A stretch of 64,000 nt of DNA, taken from the IMG/VR virus record IMGVR_UViG_3300031555_003522, positions 96,001 to 160,000 of that record. One strand, given 5' to 3'. The stretch is from a virus (lineage: Duplodnaviria > Caudoviricetes). The notes beneath the pieces were generated by a model. The model saw nothing but the letters and a program-made list of their open reading frames with translations, was not told where the DNA came from and searched no databases. Positions 58,975 to 64,000 of the stretch are shown piece by piece; position 1 is the first letter of the stretch; every line of letters starts with the position of its first letter. The translations under genes and the position numbers were made by a program.

Positions 58975-60897
58975 TTACAGAGTTACAGAGTAGGTGTTTT
59001 CCTTAGTGCTGGGATCAGAAGCATCCTCGTAGAAGACTACATAAGGAACAGCCTGATATCCATTAGCACCCTCGACATTCACCTGTACATTAAGGAAAGC
59101 GGTGTTGATCTGAGCCATCATACCATTGTTATCAATGACAGAAGCCAGAGCAGCAACACCAATAGAAGCGGGAACAGCAATAACAGTTCTCAGAGTACCG
59201 ACAGGAATAGTCATATCAAATGCATGACCAGCAGCAACAGCTGCATCAGACTTACTCAGACCACGAATGACAGCAGAAGTCAGTTCAGTCTTAGCAGTCA
59301 GACAGCCATAGAACATGTTACGATAGCCAGTAATAGCGGAAGAAGTCTTAGACTTGCTGCCACCTTTAATCTGACCTGCAGCATAGGGATTACAAGTATT
59401 GGTAACAGGAATAGCGCCATCACCATAAGTTGCAGTAGCAGAAACAGTATAGTTGGTGTCATCGGTAACAGTAATTCCATCAAAGGAACCATTGTTGCTA
59501 GTAGAGGAACCACCATCGGAGTTAGTTACCTCCCAAGAGGTAGCAGTAACACCAGTAGCGGGGCCATAAGTATACTTACCAGCATTCAGAGATGCAGCAT
59601 AAGTAACATCGACAGAAGTACCAACTTCATACTCGCCAGCCTGATTCAAGGTTATAGAAACAGAGGGCTGAGTAGTACTGGGATTAGCTTCCTTAATATA
59701 GATAGAATTCCAGACATCAATCAGGTTCTTTCCCTTAGCAGGAATAGTAGCCTGACCATTGGTCAACTTAAAGTTGCCAATTGCAGTCGTAGTGCTCAGA
59801 TCTTCAGGGAAGAATACATTAGCAGCACTGTAATTGCCATCCATAGCTTCCCATGCGGTGCCATTGAAGACATATGCAGTATGCTGATACTTACCAGTAC
59901 CCTCACCGATCTCAGTACGAACAATGCAAATATCGTGCTCAACAGGTGTATTGCCAGCAACAGCTTCATCGATAGAAGCACCGATATATACCTTAGAGTT
60001 GGAGCCCAGATCCTCGAAGTTCTTGCCAGAATCAACAGCCTGGCCATCAGCACCCAGAACCAGAATATTGCCCTCAACACCATCGGTAACCTTATCCATC
60101 TTACCAGAGATGTCAATGGGTGCAACATACAGACCATTTTCATCAACAGTAATCAGGTTGTCAGAAGCGGTAGAAATCTTGACAGCACCAGTAATAGTAT
60201 TACCAGTAACAGACAGATCAAGAGTGGTACTACCCTCGGCTTTATAGATATCAACCAGATCTTCAACAGGAATAGTGACAAAGTCAGTCTTCTCAGCATC
60301 GAAATACAGGTAGATAGCCTTTTCATCTACATTATATTCACCAGAGCTAACGAAACGTTCCAGATCGAGCTTAACTGCATTACCCAGAACATTACCACTA
60401 GCATCCAGCATCTTTAACTCACCACTAGCGGCAGTATACTGCAGGCTTACACCGAGACCATCGAATACGATACTTTCGGTGCTATCATCGCCCTTAGTAA
60501 CAGTTAACAGATGCTCAGCACTGTCCCAAGACAGTGCACTAACGCTACCTTCTGCAGTAGCCATCTTAGCCAGTTCACTAGCAACATAGGCCACGACAGC
60601 CTTGCCAGAAACGGGCACCTTTGCCTCGTCGATAACAGAATCAGACACAGCATTAATAACAGTCTTCCAACCATTAACAGCGCCCTGCCAGATCTTACCT
60701 TCGAGAGTTTCAGAATTAATGTACAATCTATTCAGAGCGGGAGACGTCGGCAGAGTTCCAGTATACATGATAACAGACTCTGTAAACGGCTCAGAACCCC
60801 GATAGATTTCTCGAGTGTCACTCAAAAAGTACATATGCCCTTCCTGGGGCGTACCATTGTGAAACATCTCAGATGTGACAAAATGCCAATTAATCAT
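58975..60897 (-). CDS. Fibre-like structural protein with beta-rich (Ig-like) C-terminus
   Basis: AAGGAGG RBS before ATG 60897; paralogous N-terminal half. Confidence 0.75.
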   Translation of the reverse strand: MINWHFVTSEMFHNGTPQEGHMYFLSDTREIYRGSEPFTESVIMYTGTLPTSPALNRLYINSETLEGKIWQGAVNGWKTVINAVSDSVIDEAKVPVSGKAVVAYVASELAKMATAEGSVSALSWDSAEHLLTVTKGDDSTESIVFDGLGVSLQYTAASGELKMLDASGNVLGNAVKLDLERFVSSGEYNVDEKAIYLYFDAEKTDFVTIPVEDLVDIYKAEGSTTLDLSVTGNTITGAVKISTASDNLITVDENGLYVAPIDISGKMDKVTDGVEGNILVLGADGQAVDSGKNFEDLGSNSKVYIGASIDEAVAGNTPVEHDICIVRTEIGEGTGKYQHTAYVFNGTAWEAMDGNYSAANVFFPEDLSTTTAIGNFKLTNGQATIPAKGKNLIDVWNSIYIKEANPSTTQPSVSITLNQAGEYEVGTSVDVTYAASLNAGKYTYGPATGVTATSWEVTNSDGGSSTSNNGSFDGITVTDDTNYTVSATATYGDGAIPVTNTCNPYAAGQIKGGSKSKTSSAITGYRNMFYGCLTAKTELTSAVIRGLSKSDAAVAAGHAFDMTIPVGTLRTVIAVPASIGVAALASVIDNNGMMAQINTAFLNVQVNVEGANGYQAVPYVVFYEDASDPSTKENTYSVTL

Positions 60898-61081
60898 AAG
60901 GTGTTTTTCCTCCTTTATAAAATAATTATAAATCGAAAAATTCATAGTCCCATAAGGAATCTATTACTCAAATGTTCATCATTGTAGGCATCTCTCGACC
61001 TTAGTTTTACCATCTATAAACCAACCAAAAAAAAATAAAATAAAAGATATAGAGGTCTCCACTGGGAGACCTCTATATTAA

Positions 61082-62635
61082 TTACTTTTCACTTTCCCTT
61101 TTCTTACGAATCTTATAGGAGTTAATAAGAGATCTTGCACGACTTGCCTGAACTGCAAAGGCACGAGCAACCCTTTCAACATCTTTGCTCTCAAGAGCAT
61201 CTTTCTGTGTTCTGGTAAGATGGCGGCTCTTACCGAGAATCATTCTGGGATTATAGTGGTTATAGAGCATGCTTAAGAAGAATTCCTTATCTTCATCCAT
61301 GACATTCTCTGGAACAGGCTTGGTACCATGAAGAATATCATAATGATTATTATAGGAATACTTATAAGGCTCGCTCAAACGCATTACGACTGTATAGATA
61401 TAAGAATCTATCACATTCTTACTGCAGGCTCTACCATTTGCAAAAGTATCTTGAAGATCTTCTTCATATGCTCTGTCTCCAAATACAACATAGAGAGGAT
61501 TAAATGCAAGAATTCTATTGATCTTGCCGAGTATACCCTCTGCTGTGGCAAGACTACAGCGCTCATTGATATGGAACTCATTTACATCAGATCTTGCAGC
61601 ATCAATGATGAGTTTCATATTTGCTGTAGATTTTATGGAACTTGTCATAATAATATCCCATTTTACAATAGCAGCTTTATCATCTTTTTCTACTTCCATA
61701 TCCTGATAGTAGCGTCTGATTCTATCTGCAGGGATATTACGATATTTGAAGATGGCGTCATCAAGACTCATGCCAGATTCGTAGATTTCTTTAACCGTGA
61801 TCTCCGGCTTTGTCCTAGTGGTAGGCTCTTTAGGATCAAAAAGTCTCTTAGCATTCTTCAACATCTGACTTGCATCGCTCTTAGATACATTATACTTCTC
61901 AACAATCATAGCGATACTGGAGCAAGCAATGCTGATACATTCTGTCTCGCTAAATAAATGCCTTCTATTTTTTGCAGGAGCTCTATAGGAAGGATTATTA
62001 TTCTTAGTCCTATCGTTTCCTACATTGTTTACAACAGGAGTAGGAAGCAGATCAAAGAATTGCTCGGCAGACTCTGTATTAGAATTATTAGTATAGATAG
62101 GAATTCCTGCTTCTTCTGCTTTACGAAGGATTTCGGAATTTGGAACTTCAAAGTCTACTGAGTCAGCATTCTGTTCAATGATAACTACAGCAGTCTTATC
62201 TTCCTTGGGCATTTCCTTTTTGACAGGAGATTCTACTACCTCCTTAGGAACTTCCTTTTTAGCTTCGGGAATATTAAGGGCTTCCTTATAGGGAACCTTA
62301 TCAATATACTCGAAAGCGGTATCTTCGATAATAATATCTCCGAGATAAAGAGAGGAGATTGCATTGATGATGAGCACATATTGACGTCTGCTGAGCTTCT
62401 TATAAAGCTCATACTTGGTAGTACTCATCTTAGTCCAGGGTACATAGATGATACGATCGATACATACTGTACCCACAGTATCATCAATCTTCAGCTCGGG
62501 GATATTCGCATATACTTCCTGCACATAGTTATCTGTATTGCAGTAAGCAAATGTAGCTCCGAATTTTGTTGTGTTGAAAACAAGCATAAAGCTACCTCTG
62601 CCGTTTCCATAGACATTACCATTTTCAAGTCTCAT
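61082..62635 (-). CDS. Hypothetical early protein
   Basis: 517-aa ORF with TATATTAT-N5-TG upstream and its own terminator. Confidence 0.85.
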   Translation of the reverse strand: MRLENGNVYGNGRGSFMLVFNTTKFGATFAYCNTDNYVQEVYANIPELKIDDTVGTVCIDRIIYVPWTKMSTTKYELYKKLSRRQYVLIINAISSLYLGDIIIEDTAFEYIDKVPYKEALNIPEAKKEVPKEVVESPVKKEMPKEDKTAVVIIEQNADSVDFEVPNSEILRKAEEAGIPIYTNNSNTESAEQFFDLLPTPVVNNVGNDRTKNNNPSYRAPAKNRRHLFSETECISIACSSIAMIVEKYNVSKSDASQMLKNAKRLFDPKEPTTRTKPEITVKEIYESGMSLDDAIFKYRNIPADRIRRYYQDMEVEKDDKAAIVKWDIIMTSSIKSTANMKLIIDAARSDVNEFHINERCSLATAEGILGKINRILAFNPLYVVFGDRAYEEDLQDTFANGRACSKNVIDSYIYTVVMRLSEPYKYSYNNHYDILHGTKPVPENVMDEDKEFFLSMLYNHYNPRMILGKSRHLTRTQKDALESKDVERVARAFAVQASRARSLINSYKIRKKRESEK

Positions 62636-62801
62636 GATTCATTCTCCTTTAATTTGTTTATTTTTATTTGTGTGTGGAGTTGAGTATAGAATTTAATATG
62701 TGTATGTGTGGTTTTGAATTATCCATACTCATAATTATAATATACAAGAAAAATAAATCAAAAATACAAGGGAAGGCTCTATTAAGCCTTCCCTTTATAT
62801 A

Positions 62802-63830
62802 TTACATACCTTCAATAAATCCATTATCTGTAGAAGAATCGCCCATACCATTAGTCCAGCTGATAGCACTTTTAATGGTTGTCACTTCTTCCTTAAGTTC
62901 TGTAACATCCTTCTCAACAACAGTAACATCACCGATTTTGGTTAGCCATTCCTCTTCAGTACCTTCAAACCCATTTTCTTTGGCAACCTCGTATGCAGAT
63001 AAACCTCTAGGTCCACGGATACTTTCGAGCCATTCCTCTTCGGTACCTTCATAACCATGGTCAAGAGCAATCTCATAAGCAGATTTTCCATCTTTACCAT
63101 TTTCTCCACTAGCACCCTTAAGAGACTCGAGCCATTCCTCTTCAGTACCTTCAAATCCATGCTCTACGGCAATTTCATAAGCAGACTTACCATCTGCCCC
63201 AGTACCGCCGCCACCAGCCATGATCATATTGATCCATTCTTCTTCAGTACCTTCATAACCGTATTCTACAGCGATCTCGTAAGCAGACTTACCATCTTTA
63301 CCACGGATACTTTCGAGCCATTCTTCTTCGGTACCTTCATAGCCGTTATTTACTGCAATTTCATAAGCACTATAGCCTCGTTCACCCTTAAGACTTTCGA
63401 GCCACTCTTCTCTAGTACCTTCAAATCCGCAATCTACAGCAATCTCATAGTTATCCTTACCAGGATCACCCTTCAGAGATTCCAGCCAGTCTGTTACAGT
63501 ACCAACGAAACCATGCTCAACAGCAATTCTATAAGCATCATTAGGAGTTACATCCTTTAACAACTGCACCTGATGGAAGTAGATTCTTTCTTTTCTACTA
63601 TTATTATCACAAGACCAGTCGAAAAGAATATAGCTATTCTGAGGCATAGCGCGATTCTGAACCACGTTCAGAATCCTACCAGTACGGTTTACACTCTTAC
63701 CGTCTTTAATATAATATAATTCATAAAGACCATCATCGGTAACAACAACATTCTCGACCATTCCATGACCGAGAGTGACAGTAATTCTATATACCTTTTT
63801 ATCAATAGGATCTGCGGAAATAATTGGCAT
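62802..63830 (-). CDS. Repeat protein with seven SAYEIA..G(F/Y)EGTEEEWL units and short Gly-x-y linkers
   Basis: Repeats are visible in protein and DNA; AAGGAGG RBS. Confidence 0.85.
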   Translation of the reverse strand: MPIISADPIDKKVYRITVTLGHGMVENVVVTDDGLYELYYIKDGKSVNRTGRILNVVQNRAMPQNSYILFDWSCDNNSRKERIYFHQVQLLKDVTPNDAYRIAVEHGFVGTVTDWLESLKGDPGKDNYEIAVDCGFEGTREEWLESLKGERGYSAYEIAVNNGYEGTEEEWLESIRGKDGKSAYEIAVEYGYEGTEEEWINMIMAGGGGTGADGKSAYEIAVEHGFEGTEEEWLESLKGASGENGKDGKSAYEIALDHGYEGTEEEWLESIRGPRGLSAYEVAKENGFEGTEEEWLTKIGDVTVVEKDVTELKEEVTTIKSAISWTNGMGDSSTDNGFIEGM

Positions 63831-64000
63831 TTCCTTAAGCACCTCCTTTAAGATTTTATTAGATAGTTAAGAGTAAGAAGCCCTATACCTAGCCAGGTAT
63901 AGGGCTTTAAATTTTATACACCGAGATAGAACTTTAGAACTTCGCCCAAATCTACATCAAACTTGGATTCTTTACTATTAACCGAAACTTTATCTCCATT

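Noticed and set aside
62940-63540. DNA repeats as a DGR or CRISPR
   Set aside because: In-frame protein repeats with mostly synonymous variation; no reverse transcriptase.
1-64000. tRNA/rRNA genes, nuclear shell protein, tubulin
   Set aside because: None recognisable in this window, so nucleus formation cannot be claimed.

Overview
A 64-kb, AT-rich segment of a jumbo phage of the phiKZ/AR9 (PBS1) type. The strong AGGAGG RBSs, LysM-3D protein and IStron-like element suggest a Firmicutes host (inference). It encodes split multisubunit RNA polymerase subunits from apparently two enzymes, gyrase A/B, a DnaB-like and an SF1 helicase, RecA, NAD-ligase, SbcC, the N-terminal half of a split PolB, portal, tail sheath/tube and fibre-like proteins. 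There are four group I introns, each in or next to a catalytic motif: two in gyrB, one in polB (splice sites resolved from P1/P10 pairing), and one in the helicase Walker A that carries an intact tnpB plus omegaRNA instead of an HNH gene. Two promoter motifs recur: TATATTAT-N5-TG (putative early) and AAC(A/T)-N6-T(A/G) (AR9-like late). The most novel signal is a set of five ORF-less units running from a late-type promoter to a terminator. At least two, and possibly four, carry colinear, G-U-compatible complementarity to the Shine-Dalgarno/start codon of specific early-promoter phage genes, including the RNAP beta gene. This is a candidate phage-encoded trans-antisense sRNA circuit for the early-to-late switch. 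A recurring P-I-x-F peptide motif on DNA-acting proteins is a second candidate system. All pairings and alignments were made by eye; no folding or database search was run.
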